Shown piece after piece: positions 11,954 through 25,620 of a DNA stretch of 64,000 nucleotides. Where the stretch lies: contig MU008201.1 in assembly GCA_010909165.1 (NCBI GenBank), forward strand, positions 186,001 to 250,000, in the 5' to 3' direction. Position 1 is the stretch's first letter. Each line of letters starts with the position of its first letter. Source of the stretch: Anthoceros angustus. Taxonomy: Eukaryota; Plantae; Anthocerotophyta. Under the pieces are notes generated by a model. It made no database searches, had not been told where the DNA came from, and was given only the letters and a program-made list of their open reading frames with translations. The translations under genes and the position numbers were made by a program.

Positions 11954-14900
11954 TGTGGAGGTGGATTCGTGTCCGGGGACACCGTGAGGTCCACATTCAC
12001 CCCTCAATGTCGCTGTAGGCTTAGGATTCGCTCCCAAGGGAATGGTTTGTGCCAAGAGACGCTAACTTCTATCGCCATCGACCTTCACCTAAGTCAAGAC
12101 TTACTTGCTATTACTCCTCTTACCTATCTACTCAACCACTACTACCCCGACTTGTCTAGCTACCAGCTCTTATTCCACGATCAAATCTTATTCCACACGG
12201 GTGTTCTCACCGGTAGTTGCTTCCACCACCGAGGTGGGTCCCACACCCAAACCCTAGCGACTTATTTCCCAAGACGGCCATGGATCCGCCACGGCCCACT
12301 GCACGGATCCGGCTTTATTCTGCACTCCACACTTCATGCACACACACACCGATTCCTAGGGACCTAAATTCCACAAATCCTCACCGCTCCACACACACAC
12401 AAAGGCGCCACACTCACACAATTTTACAAGGGAACTGTTCCTCATGACGCTTCCACCACCGGTTTTGGTTTCTTTTGGATTCACAAATCTCCACCGCTAG
12501 CCTCTCAATTAGTTCCCTTCTCAACCCTCTCACACCTCGCATCGCGCATGTTTAGTCACTCCTTCACCCAATCTTCTCCTCTCTCTCTCTCTCTCAACTC
12601 GCCCGGCTTCCAACCATCCACTCAACACTTCTCTCTCAATTGAACACAACTAGCAGGACAAGTGTGAAGGAAAGAAGAACCCCGGCCACAGGCGCAGCAA
12701 GCTCCACCACCCGCGCCAATCCCTTGGTTTCCTCCTCCTTTGTCGCAAGAAGATTGCTTTATCACCCCTCCTCCCTTGCGGAGCAAGCTCTCGACCACCC
12801 CTAGGAGCGCCTCGCACACCGCCTCTTAATCGGACGTCTCCAACCAGCCACAGGCGCGTGGGGATCTCAACCAGAATTATCCACGTGAGGGACCCACCGC
12901 CCCTCTTATACATCGGGGCACCCGCCCGGATTTTAGGTCCTAAGATGGCTATCGCGACGCCCACAATTCGGAGCGATCCTAGGTCCAAGATCCTAACCAA
13001 ATTATCTTTAGGTTGCTACCACCTCACCTCACGCTATCTCGCGCCCTACCTCGACTTGGCCGTCGCCTCACGTCCTCCATTGCTGCCGCCACGAGCCTCT
13101 CACGCACTGGTGGGTTCTCCCACACTACTTCCACCTCACCGCCACCGCTGACGTCCGAATTTGAGGTGTACCGCCTGGGCTTCCGTGATCTTCCGGCCGC
13201 CTATTGCCGAGGATTATTACGGCTCGTCCACCCAAGCTGGACCTCCTCCTCGCTCAACTCCTCCAAAGTCGCCTCCATAATAGGGAGCCAACCCCACACG
13301 CAGGTAGAAGTATGCACGGTCCTCACTTGCGTGAGGTAGGCCCCGATCCCTCCTATTTCCACACGCACATGGGCGGTGAGGTTAAGCACGCGTTCTCCAT
13401 TCACATATAGACCGCACATAAGTTTCCTCATCCATGTGCCGTAATATAATAGGACCCTGCTGGAGGTGCTTACCCTCCTCCCGTAGGCTACACCGTTGCT
13501 GCCTATGTCCTCGCGAGGCGCCACGTCGCACCCGCCGCCCGCCCGGGTTGGTTGCGCCAATGTCGGTGCGGTCACGCGGTAGTGGACTCCACGACCGTGT
13601 TGCTCAAAGAACGCGTAGGTGAGGTTTCGCCACCTCGGTTGCTTCCTTCCGCTGTAGGCCTTCCGCTACTCGTCGTGGTCCCTACCCGCCCCTTCCCTTT
13701 GTCTTTTCTCGGCCACCACGTGCCTCATCCCGCTCCGCTTATATCGCCCGCTAGCTTATGGGCCTTTTCCACCGAGGCCGCTCGCCTCCTGGCTCGCAAC
13801 AACTCCCCTGCATCTCTGGTTCGTCTGTGGGCATCCTTAATTTGAGCCATGAGTGCTTCCGCTCGGTAGGCCTTCCGCTACTCCACCGTGGTCCCGCTAC
13901 CCCGCCCCTTCCCTTTGTCTTTCGCCCCACCACGTGCCTCATCCCGCTCCGCTCCGCTAGCTTATGGGCCTTTTCCACCGAGGCCGCTCGCCTCTGGCTC
14001 GCAACAACTCCCCTGCATCTCTGGTTCGTCTCGTGGGCATCCTTAATTTGAGCCATGAGTGCTTCCTGCTCGTCATGGCTTGCAACTTCTCCCGGCCTGC
14101 ACAAATCTTCTTGAATCTTGGCCCTTATTTCCTCTAGGTTCCGCTTGTCTTCCTCCGCTTGCTTGCGCTTGGCCTCCTTCGTCAAACTGGCCTTCACCAC
14201 TTCCTCCCGCCGCCTGCATCGAGCGTGAGGAGAGCTAAAGCCGCTTGATCCAACAACCGCTTGGGCCCGGATCGACGTGGTCACCCCCGCAAGTCCACTT
14301 GTTGTGGCGGCCCCGCCGACGCCATCCTCCGTCGAGAACTTTCCTCCCAGGTGCGCACCCTCACCAATTCGGTTGCATCCACCTGCCGCTGGAGTCCCTT
14401 GAAAATCTCTTCCCATGCCGAGGAGGGTCCGCCTCGAGGTCACCTAAACCCTCCGGAGTTGATTCATCATCCGCATCCAGTCGCAAAATTGTCCTCGGAT
14501 CGCGCCTCCTCTTCCACCTCCAAGCCGCTTTGGCTTTCATTTTCGTAGGCGGCGCCTGCTGACTGGTGACGCATCCGCCTTCACCTTTTCACGATGCCCG
14601 CCTTTCACCCCGGCCTTCCTCCTTTGGTGGGAATTTCCTTCTCCTCCTCGCCTGCCGCCACCGACTCCCCTGCCCATCCGATTTTTCCTCCTTGGGCTCC
14701 TCCGCCTTCATTTCACCTCCCTAACCGGCTTCCACATGTGGAGGAGGCTACAATCTCCACCTCCGCGCAGCTAGCGTAAACATAAAGATGGACCAAATGG
14801 TGAGATTAGAGGCCGAGGGGAGGAAATCAAGTTCAACCTCTCACACACAACTTGTCAAGAGAATTCGCTAATCGATCGCCCCTTGACCACTTCATGAAGG

Positions 14901-15909
14901 AGCGGCAAGTGGTCGACAAATAATCCCGCTTCAGGCTGCAGAAACATAGGAGCCATCCGCTGACCCATCAATGCATGCCAAATCCCACCGGTTGCGACCA
15001 CGCCCGCTTTAACCAGGCGCTAGCCGTGCTTCTTTTCTGACTCCATCACCAACCCGCCCGCCTCCTCCTCGCCCATACACCCCTAACCAGCTCCAGTCCC
15101 AATCCCGGCCGCTCTAAATCCCCGCTGGTGTTTGTCCTTGTGTGAGCGACACTGCACATCCTGTTCATGTAATTCCACCGCTCTTCCATGAAACAGCCTC
15201 CTTCACCAGCTCCCACCGAACTTTCCAATGATCCATGTTCGGCCATTGGGCAAGCACAATTCGGTGGTGACCTTGGCGCCATCCCTCTCCTTCCCGGTCT
15301 CGCGCCACAAACCAACGCCACCTCGCTGCGAATTTCTGGAGGTCGGTCTGTGGTTCCTACCTCCTCAAGGAGCGCTCTGCCGCGCCTTCCTCCTCCGTCG
15401 CGCCTCGCGATGTCGACGGGGTTGAGCTCCTTCCCGTCGTTGCGCCTCGCGCCCTCCGATCACGGTGCCCCGACACGCTCCTCGACTTCGGCCGCCACGT
15501 CGGCCTGGCGCTCCCCCCGCCCGTTGCGTTTGAACGGGATTCTGCATTTCCTAGGGTTAAGTTTCCCGGGTTCCCCTACTCTGCTCGACCTCTACGACCG
15601 CCCACATCCCAATCCACAACCCCACACTCATTCACTGCCGTTGTCGACCCCAACTTATAGACACACTCTAATTATTCCAAACCCCCTATCTCACATATAT
15701 AGACTTTTTAGGGAACATTAGTCCATGGGCCAAGGAACACCAATTCGGACCATTTATTTTCTAACCTAAAATAAAACAAAAAGAACTCCATAGGCCAAGG
15801 ACATTTTATAAATACCCCACCACTACCAACCCGACTTATTTTCACACCAGATCCCAAAAACAAAAATTCACTTCGGGCACAACAGGGTTTCAAGACTAGA
15901 TCGTTTACA
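11954..15909 (-). repeat. 3' LTR, long interpretation (~3.96 kb; a shorter 11954-13021 LTR is possible)
   Basis: Begins TGT, ends ...TTTACA, and is followed by the reverse complement of a polypurine tract. TATA-like TATAAGAGGG (minus) at 12901-12910 and a GA-rich tract near 12577-12595. Collinear with 28940-34085. Contains a private ~200-bp duplication at ~13640-14075. Confidence 0.6.
13100..15500 (-). pseudogene. Extra coding region of the Gypsy element (unknown protein with C-terminal coiled coil), frameshifted
   Basis: Peptides recur between copies: WPNMDHWKVRWELVK.AVSWKSGGIT and EEVVKASLTKEAKRKQAEEDKRNLEEIRAKIQEDL. No family recognised. Confidence 0.5.
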
Positions 15910-15925
15910 TACTCCCTTCTCATTT
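15910..15925 (-). other. Polypurine tract (AAATGAGAAGGGAGTA) immediately before TGT; repeated at 18234-18249 and 34086-34101
   Basis: Purine-rich tract directly downstream of the integrase stop and followed by TGT. Confidence 0.65.
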
Positions 15926-15944
15926 GTTGGCGCCCCTCGCCAAC

Positions 15945-17420
15945 TTATGTATAATACTTCTTGACCCTCCACCCATTGACCAGTGGAGGCCACCTAGTTC
16001 TTGCGTTATGATCCATTTGAAGACTTGAGAACCTATATGGCCCCATCCATCGAAGGTGGAGCTTGGAAAGTGCATGTACCTATTGTCGCTGAGGCCAAGT
16101 CACCGAACTACCCACTCTTGCTTCCGCAACCGATTGTCATGCCATATTTTCCGTTTACCGAATATCTGCATGACGCCAACCTGCCTATCCTCTGTATGTT
16201 TAGCGAAGGCGACCAGGCGTTCGGTGACTTTCCTCACCGCCATGCGGTTAGTTTCGGATAATGGTGGGAATTTCAAACTCAATAGGCATTAGGAGAATGG
16301 CCGAGGTGAGGTAGTACGGTGTTTGTTGCGTTGTTATTTTCTCTGCGATCCTGTATGCCCTGAGCGAGTGAAGCTTAAGATCCCGACGCGTATTCCACCG
16401 TTAGCTTGTTGAGGATCCCACAAGAGCCCATTCGCCTTTTCCGTTAAGCCATTTGCCTTGGGATTATAAGGAGTCGTTTTCTGGCGACGTTGAAGTAGAT
16501 CGTCATATGAGATATAACCGTGAAATGTGACCCTCTGTCACGACAAGCTCCAAGGGAGACCATATCGAGTGATAACTGTTCATAGAGGAACTGGCCACTA
16601 CATGAGTCATGTCTACTGCAGTTGGGCTTCCACCATACGCGTGCAATAGTCTGGCCACGAGGATGTATTGGTTTTGTCGCGCCCTCGTTTTGGTGTATGG
16701 GACCAACAAAGTCTATTCCCCATTTCTCGAATGGCGCCAGGCCAATATCGGAACCATTGGCCATTGAGTGGTTGCGACGGTTTCCCAACCCTCGGCGAGC
16801 ATCGCGGCGTTTAACAAACTCCTAGCATCACGATGCATGGTTTGCCAGATACCCGTTTCAAGCACCTTCTTGCACGTGATATGCGGCAAAAAATGTCCTC
16901 CGCTTCCCCTCGTGCATCTCTCACAAGACGGATAACTGCTCCTTGTTACCCATAACTCCGCCCATCCGGTCCCGATCAGATTGTCTTTGCGTCGTACAAG
17001 CGGACGCGAATAGTGCACAAACTTGGGTTTGAAAGATCCGATGGTATTTTCCCGTTCCAAGAATTCCATCATCTCCTCGTGAGTGGGCCTTGTGTATCCG
17101 TTCTCCTTCTCATTTCTGCCGAGCCACCATTTACCCTCGCCTTTGGGCTGCTTCCCCTCTAACTCGTCACAGAGCTTCATCGGAAAATCGTCGTTTTGGT
17201 CTGTGTAACCTCCTCTGCCCCTCGAAATGTAATGCATTCACATGTTTACTCCTCCTCTGGTCTCCACCGTGAACGTGAATTCTTGCGGGAGTAGGATCCA
17301 TCTTGCTATGCGTCCGGACAAGTCGGTTTGTTTACGGTGTTTGAGGCGAAGTGGTCCACATGGAAGACGAACTCGAGGATAGCAAATAGTGACGAAACTT
17401 GCGAACCGAGTACACCATCC
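15945..17420 (-). pseudogene. Gypsy integrase plus RNase H end, copy 1
   Basis: PFEKWGIDFVGPI, TTPYNP.ANG, GKLHLRWMGPY (GPY/F module) across shifted frames; stop TAA at 15945-15947. Confidence 0.85.
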
Positions 17421-18233
17421 CGCCTCCTCCTTACATCCCTCCCTAACCAGCCTCCAGTCCCAATCCTGCTCGCTCTAAATCCCCGCCGCTTGTCCTGTGA
17501 CGCGCACTCGCACTCCCTGTGTTCATGTAATTCCACCGCTCTTCCATGAAACAGCTCTCTTCACCAGCTCCCACCGAACTTTCCAATGATCCATGTTCGG
17601 CCATTGGGCAAGCATTGGTGACCTTGGCGCCATCCCTCTCACGCCTGGTCTCGCGCCACAAACCAACGCCACCTGCGAATGGGGTCGGCCTGTGGTTCCT
17701 ACTCGCAAGGAGCCCCCGCTGCCTTCCTCCTCGCGCCTCGCGATGTCGACGGGGTTCGAGCTCCTTCCCGTCGTTGCGCCTCGCGCCTCCTGCGATCACG
17801 GTGCCCCGACACACGCCTCGACTTCGCACCGTCGGCCCGCGCGCTCCCTGGCCCCTCGTTGTTTGAACGGATTCGCCATTTCCTAGGGTTAAGTTTCCTG
17901 TTCCCCTACTCTGTCGACCTCACGACCGCTTCCCACATCCCAATCCACAACCCCACACTCAGCCACCGCTTGGCCGACCCCAACTTATAGACTATCACTC
18001 TAATTATTCCAAACCCCCTATCTCACATATATAGACTTTTTAGGGAACATTCCGAGTCCATGGGCCAAGGAACACCAAATTCCATTTATTTTCTAACCTA
18101 AAATCAAAACAAAAAGAACTCCATAGGCCAAGGACATTTTTATAAATACCCCTACTACCAACCCGACTTATTTTCACAGATCCCAAAAACAAAAATTCAC
18201 TTGGCACATTTAGGGTTTCAAGTCGAGATTACA
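17421..18233 (-). repeat. Internal duplicate of the terminal-repeat segment equivalent to 15059-15909
   Basis: Sequence switches from RNase H to LTR-region sequence at shared CGCCTCCTC and runs on to a second PPT. Confidence 0.85.
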
Positions 18234-18249
18234 TACTCCCTTCTCATTT

Positions 18250-21200
18250 GTTGGCCCCGCCAACTTATGTATAATACTTCTTGACCCTCCACCCATTGAC
18301 TGTAGTGGAGGCCACCTAGTTCTTGCGAGCCATTTGCAAGACTTGAGAACCCTATATGGCCCCATCCATCGAAGGTGGAGCTTGCGGAAAGTGCATGTAC
18401 CTATTGTCGCTGAGGCCAAGTCACCGAACTACCCACTCTTGCTTCCGCAACCGATTGTCATGCCATATTTTCCGTTCGAATATCTGACAACGCCTGCCCC
18501 TATCCTCTGTATGTTTAGCGAAGGCGACCAGGCCCATTGACTTTCCTCACCGCCATGCGGTTAGTTTCTACGCAGGTGGGAATTTCAAACTCAATAGGCA
18601 TTAGGAGAATGTAGGTGAGGTAGTACGGTGTTTGTTGCGTTGTTATTTTCTCTGCGATGCCTGTGAGCGCGAGTGAAGCTTAAGATCCCGACGCGTATTC
18701 CACCGTTAGCTTGTTGAGGATCCCTGCAAGAGCCCATTCGCCTTTTTTTTAAGCCATTTGCCTTGGGATTATAAGGAGTCGTTTTCTGTAACGTTGAAGT
18801 AGATCATATGAGATATAACCGTTGACGAAATGTGACCCTCTGTCACGACAAGCTCCAAGGAGCCCATATCGAGTGATAACTGTTCATAGAGGAACTGCCA
18901 CTACATGAGTGTGTCTACTGCAGTGCTTGGGCTTCCACCATACGCGTGCAATAGTCTGTGGCCACGAGGATGTATTGGTTTTGTCGCGCCCTCGTTTTGG
19001 TGTATGGGACCAACAAAGTCTATTCCCCATTTCTCGAATGGCGGGCCAATATCGGAACCATTGGCCATTGAGTGGTTGCGACGGTTTCCCAACCCTCCGA
19101 CAGTGCATCGCAGCGTTTAACAAACTCCTAGCATCACGATGCATGGTTTGCCACCGACCCGTTTCAAGCACCTTCTTGCACGTGATATGTGCGAAATGTC
19201 CTCCGCTTCCCCTCGTGCATCTCCACAAGACTCGGATAACTGCTCCTTGTTACCCATAACTCCGCCCATCCGGTCCCGATTTGATGATTTTGTCTTTGCG
19301 TCGTACAAGCGGACGCGAATAGTGCACAAACGCCTGCTGGGGTTTGAAAGATCCGATGGTATTTTCCCGTTCGTGAATTCATCATCTCCTCGTGGGCCTT
19401 GTGTATCCGTTCTCCTTCTCATTTCTGCCGAGCCACCATTTACCCTCGCCTTATAGTGCTTCCCCTCTAACTCGTCATGACGAGCTTCATCGGAAAATCG
19501 TCGTTTTGGTCTGTAACCTCCTCTGTTTCACCTCGAAATGTAATCGCATTCACATGTTTACTCCTCCTCCGGTCTCCACCGTGAACGTGAATTCTTGCGG
19601 AGTAGGATCCATCTTGCTATGCGTCCGGACAAGTCGGTTTGTTTACGGTGTTTGAGGCGAAGTGGTCCACATGGAAGACGAACTCGAGGATAGCAAATAG
19701 TGACGAAACTGAACCGAGTACACCATCCCAGCGCCTCCTCTCGGTGGTGGTATACTTCTTCTCGGTGTGCCTCCTGCATAATAGATTGGATAATCGTGCT
19801 TCTTGTCATCCCTTTGGCTTAGAATGGTACCGATTGCATAGGCGAAACGTCTACAAACACGTGGAACTTCTTGTTCGCCCGCCCCGCAGTGGGTGCCGTG
19901 ATCGTGGTGGTGCGAAGATCATTGAAGGCCTCCTCTCGTTTTGCGTCCATTCCCACTCCCGGTCCTTGGCAAGCATGAGCGCCCTTACGGAGAAATTCTT
20001 CACAAACCTTCGATAATAGCCTACCATTCCGAGGAATCCCTAAGCTCCTTGGTGGTAGGTGGCTTGAGGCGGTAATGATTTTGACCTTATCCGGTCGACC
20101 TCTATCCCCAGCAAATGCGGTGCCCCAACAAAATACCCTCCGGCATGCCGAAATAACATTTCTCGGGATGTAGACACAATGGGTCTGTGACACCGTTCCA
20201 ACATTTGCGAAGGTGGTTGAGGTGATCTTCGCCGCTCCAAACACGCAGAAGTCATCCGGAAGACCTCCATGAAGTCCCTAAGGTATTCCTTGAAAATCTT
20301 GACAATCGCATGAAGGATCACGGTGCCTGTTAATCCGAACGCTCCGTTTGTAGGCATAGGTTCCCGATCGTAGTGAAGGTGGGGCCAATCACTCTCCACG
20401 AGATGTAGTTATACCGAATACCCATCCGAACGAGTAGACCATTCTCCCCGCAACTAAGTCCGATTGTTGTCTATGAATGGAAGCGGGTAATGGTCTTTTT
20501 GGTCACCTTGTTTAACTTCCTCCAATCTGGCACCGTATTTCTTCGCTTTTGGGAACCACCACAATTGGGGCTACCCACTCCGATGTCACAATAGGATATA
20601 TGACGTCACAAGTAAAGCTCCAATTGTTCCTTTACCTTCAGCGAATACTTTGGATTTAGCTTGTATTGCGATCCGGACCGCACGGCACCCTCGAGATCAA
20701 TCTTGTGCTCCCCACTCCCTCGGTATACCCTTCATGTCAACGTCAAAAGCAAAACGTGGATAAATTCCGCAACCGATTGTCATGCCATATTTTCCGTTCG
20801 AATATCTGACAACGCCTGCCCCTATCCTCTGTATGTTTAGCGAAGGCGACCAGGCCCATTGACTTTCCTCACCGCCATGCGGTTAGTTTCTACGCAGGTG
20901 GGAATTTCAAACTCAATAGGCATTAGGAGAATGTAGGTGAGGTAGTACGGTGTTTGTTGCGTTGTTATTTTCTCTGCGATGCCTGTGAGCGCGAGTGAAG
21001 CTTAAGATCCCGACGCGTATTCCACCGTTAGCTTGTTGAGGATCCCTGCAAGAGCCCATTCGCCTTTTTTTTAAGCCATTTGCCTTGGGATTATAAGGAG
21101 TCGTTTTCTGTAACGTTGAAGTAGATCATATGAGATATAACCGTTGACGAAATGTGACCCTCTGTCACGACAAGCTCCAAGGAGCCCATATCGAGTGATA

Positions 21201-24200
21201 ACTGTTCATAGAGGAACTGCCACTACATGAGTGTGTCTACTGCAGTGCTTGGGCTTCCACCATACGCGTGCAATAGTCTGTGGCCACGAGGATGTATTGG
21301 TTTTGTCGCGCCCTCGTTTTGGTCAGTATGGGACCAACAAAGTCTATTCCCCATTTCTCGAATGGCGGGCCAATATCGGAACCATTGGCCATTGAGTGGT
21401 TGCGACGGTTTCCCAACCCTCCGACAGTGCATCGCAGCGTTTAACAAACTCCTAGCATCACGATGCATGGTTTGCCACCGACCCGTTTCAAGCACCTTCT
21501 TGCACGTGATATGTGCGAAATGTCCTCCGCTTCCCCTCGTGCATCTCCACAAGACTCGGATAACTGCTCCTTGTTACCCATAACTCCGCCCATCCGGTCC
21601 CGATTTGATGATTTTGTCTTTGCGTCGTACAAGCGGACGCGAATAGTGCACAAACGCCTGCTGGGGTTTGAAAGATCCGATGGTATTTTCCCGTTCGTGA
21701 ATTCATCATCTCCTCGTGGGCCTTGTGTATCCGTTCTCCTTCTCATTTCTGCCGAGCCACCATTTACCCTCGCCTTATAGTGCTTCCCCTCTAACTCGTC
21801 ATGACGAGCTTCATCGGAAAATCGTCGTTTTGGTCTGTAACCTCCTCTGTTTCACCTCGAAATGTAATCGCATTCACATGTTTACTCCTCCTCCGGTCTC
21901 CACCGTGAACGTGAATTCTTGCGGAGTAGGATCCATCTTGCTATGCGTCCGGACAAGTCGGTTTGTTTACGGTGTTTGAGGCGAAGTGGTCCACATGGAA
22001 GACGAACTCGAGGATAGCAAATAGTGAAACTTGCGAACCGAGTACACCATCCCAGCGCCTCCTCTCGGTGGTGGTATACTTTTCCTGCTGAGCTGCCTCG
22101 CATAATAGATTGGATAATCGTGCTTCTTGTCATCCCTTTGGCTTAGAATGGTACCGATTGCATAGGCGAAACGTCTACAAACACGTGGAACTTCTTGTTC
22201 GGCCCCGCAGCTGGGTGCCGGATGTGGTGGTGCGAAGATCATTGAAGGCCTCCTCTCGTTTTGCGTCCATTCCCACTCCCGGTCCACAGTGGAGCCGCCT
22301 TACGGAGAAATTCTTCACAAACCTACGATAATAGCCCACCATTCCGAGGAATCCCTAAGCTCCTTGGTGGTAGGTGGCTTGAGGCGGTAATGATTTTGAC
22401 CTTATCCGGTCGACCTCTATCCCCAGCAAATGCGGTGCCCCAACAAAATACCCTCCGGCATGCCGAAATAACATTTCTCGGGATGTAGACACAATGGGTC
22501 TGTGACACCGTTCCAACATTTGCGAAGGTGGTTGAGGTGATCTTCGCCGCTCCAAACACGCAGAAGTCATCCGGAAGACCTCCATGAAGTCCCTAAGGTA
22601 TTCCTTGAAAATCTTGACAATCGCATGAAGGATCACGGTGCCTGTTAATCCGAACGCTCCGTTTGTAGGCATAGGTTCCCGATCGTAGTGAAGGTGGGGC
22701 CAATCACTCTCCACGAGATGTAGTTATACCGAATACCCATCCGAACGAGTAGACCATTCTCCCCGCAACTAAGTCCGATTGTTGTCTATGAATGGAAGCG
22801 GGTAATGGTCTTTTTGGTCACCTTGTTTAACTTCCTCCAATCTGGCACCGTATTTCTTCGCTTTTGGGGACCACCACAATTGGGGCTACCCACTCCGATG
22901 TCACAATAGGATATATGACGTCCGCGCGCAAGTAAAGCTCCAGCTGTTCCTTTACCTTCAGCGAATACTTTGGATTTAGCTTGTATTGCGGTATCCGGAC
23001 TGGCACGGCACCGGCTCGAGATCAATCTTGTGCTCCCCCCACTCCCTCGGTATACCCTTCATGTCTGTAACGTCAAAAGCAAAAACGTGGATAAATTCCG
23101 CAACAGGTTTCATACCCCTTTCCAAGTCTGCATTCATCCTGCTCGAAAACTTAAGGACCTTGGGCAACACTTCCACATCCTTGACCTCATCCGTCTGCCC
23201 ACTCTCTCCACCGGCGGATGTGATGCAACCCTTCCTCCTGTCTTGGTTCTCCTTGGCGCATTCCCCATTCCGGAATAGGTCGTCGAGGTAAAACGTGAGA
23301 CACCCTCCTCGCACCCTCCGAAGTTTGTCGGATCGCTCCCGGCGCCCACCTCTACTTCTGTTCCTCGACCTCCCGGTCTCCTCCTCTGGTCTCCACCGTG
23401 AACGTGAATTCTTGCGGGAGTAGGATCCATCTTGCTATGCGTCCGGACAAGTCGGTTTGTTTACGGTGTTTGAGGCGAAGTGGTCCACATGGAAGACGAA
23501 CTCGTGGGATAGCAAATAGTGAAACTTATGAACCGAGTACACCATCCCAGCGCCTCCTCTCGGTGGTGGTATACTTCTTCTGTGAGTGCCTCCTGCATAA
23601 TAGATTGGATAATCGTGCTTCTTGTCATCCCTTTGGCTTAGAATGGTACCGATTGCATAGGCGAAACGTCTACAAACACGTGGAACTTCTTGCTCCGGCC
23701 CCCGCAGCGTGGTCGTGATGTGGTGGTGCGAAGATCATTGAAGGCCTCCTCGGCGTCCATTCCCACTCCCGGTCCTTGGGCAATTAGCGGAGCTGCCCGG
23801 AGAAATTCTTCACAAACCTTCGATAATAGCCTACCATTCCGAGGAATCCCTAAGCTCCTTGGTGGTAGGTGGCTTGAGGCGGTAATGATTTTGACCTTAT
23901 CCGGTCGACCTCTATCCCGCAAATGCGGTGCCCCAACAAAATACCCTCGGCATGCCGAAATAACATTTCTCGGGATGTAGACACAATTGGGTCTCATGAC
24001 ACGCCACATTTGCGAAGGTGGTTGAGGTGATCTTCGCCCAAACACGCAGAAGTCATCCAGGAAGACCTCCATGAAGTCCCTAAGGTATTCCTTGAAAATC
24101 TTGACAATCGCATGAAGGATCACGGTGCCCTGTTAATCCGAACGCTCCGTTTGTAGGCATAGGTTCCCGATCAGTAGAAGGTGTTAGGGCCAATCACTCT

Positions 24201-25620
24201 CCACGAGATGTGGTTATACCGAATACCCATCCGAACGAGTAGACCATTCTCCCCGCAACTAAGTCCGATTATGTTGTCTATGAATGGAAGCGGGTAATGG
24301 TCTTTTTGGTCACCTTGTTTAACTTCCTCCAATCTGCACGTATCTTCCCTTACGCTTTTGGGAACCACCACAATTGGGGCTACCCACTCCGATGTCACAA
24401 TAGGATATATGACGCAAGTAAAGCTCCAATTGTTCCTTTACCTTCAGAATACTTTGGATTTAGCTTGTATTGCGATCCGGACCGCACGGCACCGGCTCGA
24501 GATCAATCTTGTGCTCCCCACTCCCTCGGTATACCCTTCATGTAACGTCAAAAGCAAAACGTGGATAAATTCGCAAACAGTTTCATACCCCTTTCCAAGT
24601 CTGCATTCATCCTGCTCGAAAACTTAAGGACCTTGCCGCAACACTTCCACATCCTTGACCTCATCCGTCTGCCCACTCTCTCCACCGGCGGATGTGATGC
24701 CGAACCCTTCCTCCTGTCTTGGTTCTCCTTGCGCATTCCCCATTCCGGAATAGGTCGTCGAGGTAAAACGTGAGACACCCTCCTCGCACCCTCCGAAGTT
24801 TGTCCAGAGGCCGCTCCCGCCCACCTCTACTTCTTGTTCCTCGACCTCCCGGTCTCCCCCGACCACCGGGTTGTCAATTGTGACTCCATAGCACCCTAAT
24901 AGGTTGATGGAATGGGAATATCTCTCGTCGTCCTCTTCATCGACCACGAAATATGTGCGAATGGGAATTTCTCCTTCTCATCCTCTCCCGAGGTATCTTG
25001 CAGAGGTGTATCCCTCCGTTGGTGTCTCCCCACGTATCTCCGCTCCAAGTCAAACATATCCTTCCTCCTTAATTTTGGGGTCCCAGTCAGGTTTGAATCC
25101 CACTTCCTTTCTCCCATTTGAAGGTGCAACGTGCCCCATACATCCATGTTCGTCCAATGAGAACCTCATACCCTGGCGCTTTTTGTTTAATGACCACGTA
25201 GTCCATGAGGTAGGAATGGTACCAATATGGGTTAGGACTCCGTCTCCCCTACCGGCGCCATTTTGGACATGTCACCGCAACACCTTTGATGTATGTTCTA
25301 TCTCGCAACCCAAGCTTAGGCGGTCTCCTCATCATGATGTTGACTGACCGAATCTAGCGGCACCTTCTTGATTACACATCCCGCAATTTCTATCTCAGAG
25401 CTCAGACCGGTCCATCATGGCCACCATATTCACAGAAGGGTTTTCGGCCTTGGGGTGGAAAGGTTCCGTCTCTTCTTGGGTTGTGCCTTCAATGCCCCAC
25501 GGATTTGTCACGTCTGGATTGTCCCCGAAGTCGTCTCAACGTTATCATGAACTTTTGGTCCATGATAGCGTCGCCAAATTGAAAGGAACACCGTGTGCTT
25601 TCGCTTTCTCCTTGCCAACC
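18250..25620 (-). pseudogene. Gypsy pol (INT, RH, RT, PR) with a 2.32-kb duplication (18443-20764 / 20765-~23100) and a third RH-RT copy (~23385-24840)
   Basis: EWVAPIVVVPK, KDHYPLPFID, IFKEYLRDFMEVFLDDFCVFG (RT), FHVFVDVSP..HDYPIYYARQL (RH), GRIARWILL. Identical ORFs at offsets 2322-2324. Confidence 0.9.

Noticed and set aside
13100-15500. Calling the extra Gypsy ORF an env gene
   Set aside because: No signal peptide or transmembrane segment is recognisable in the broken frames; left as unknown.
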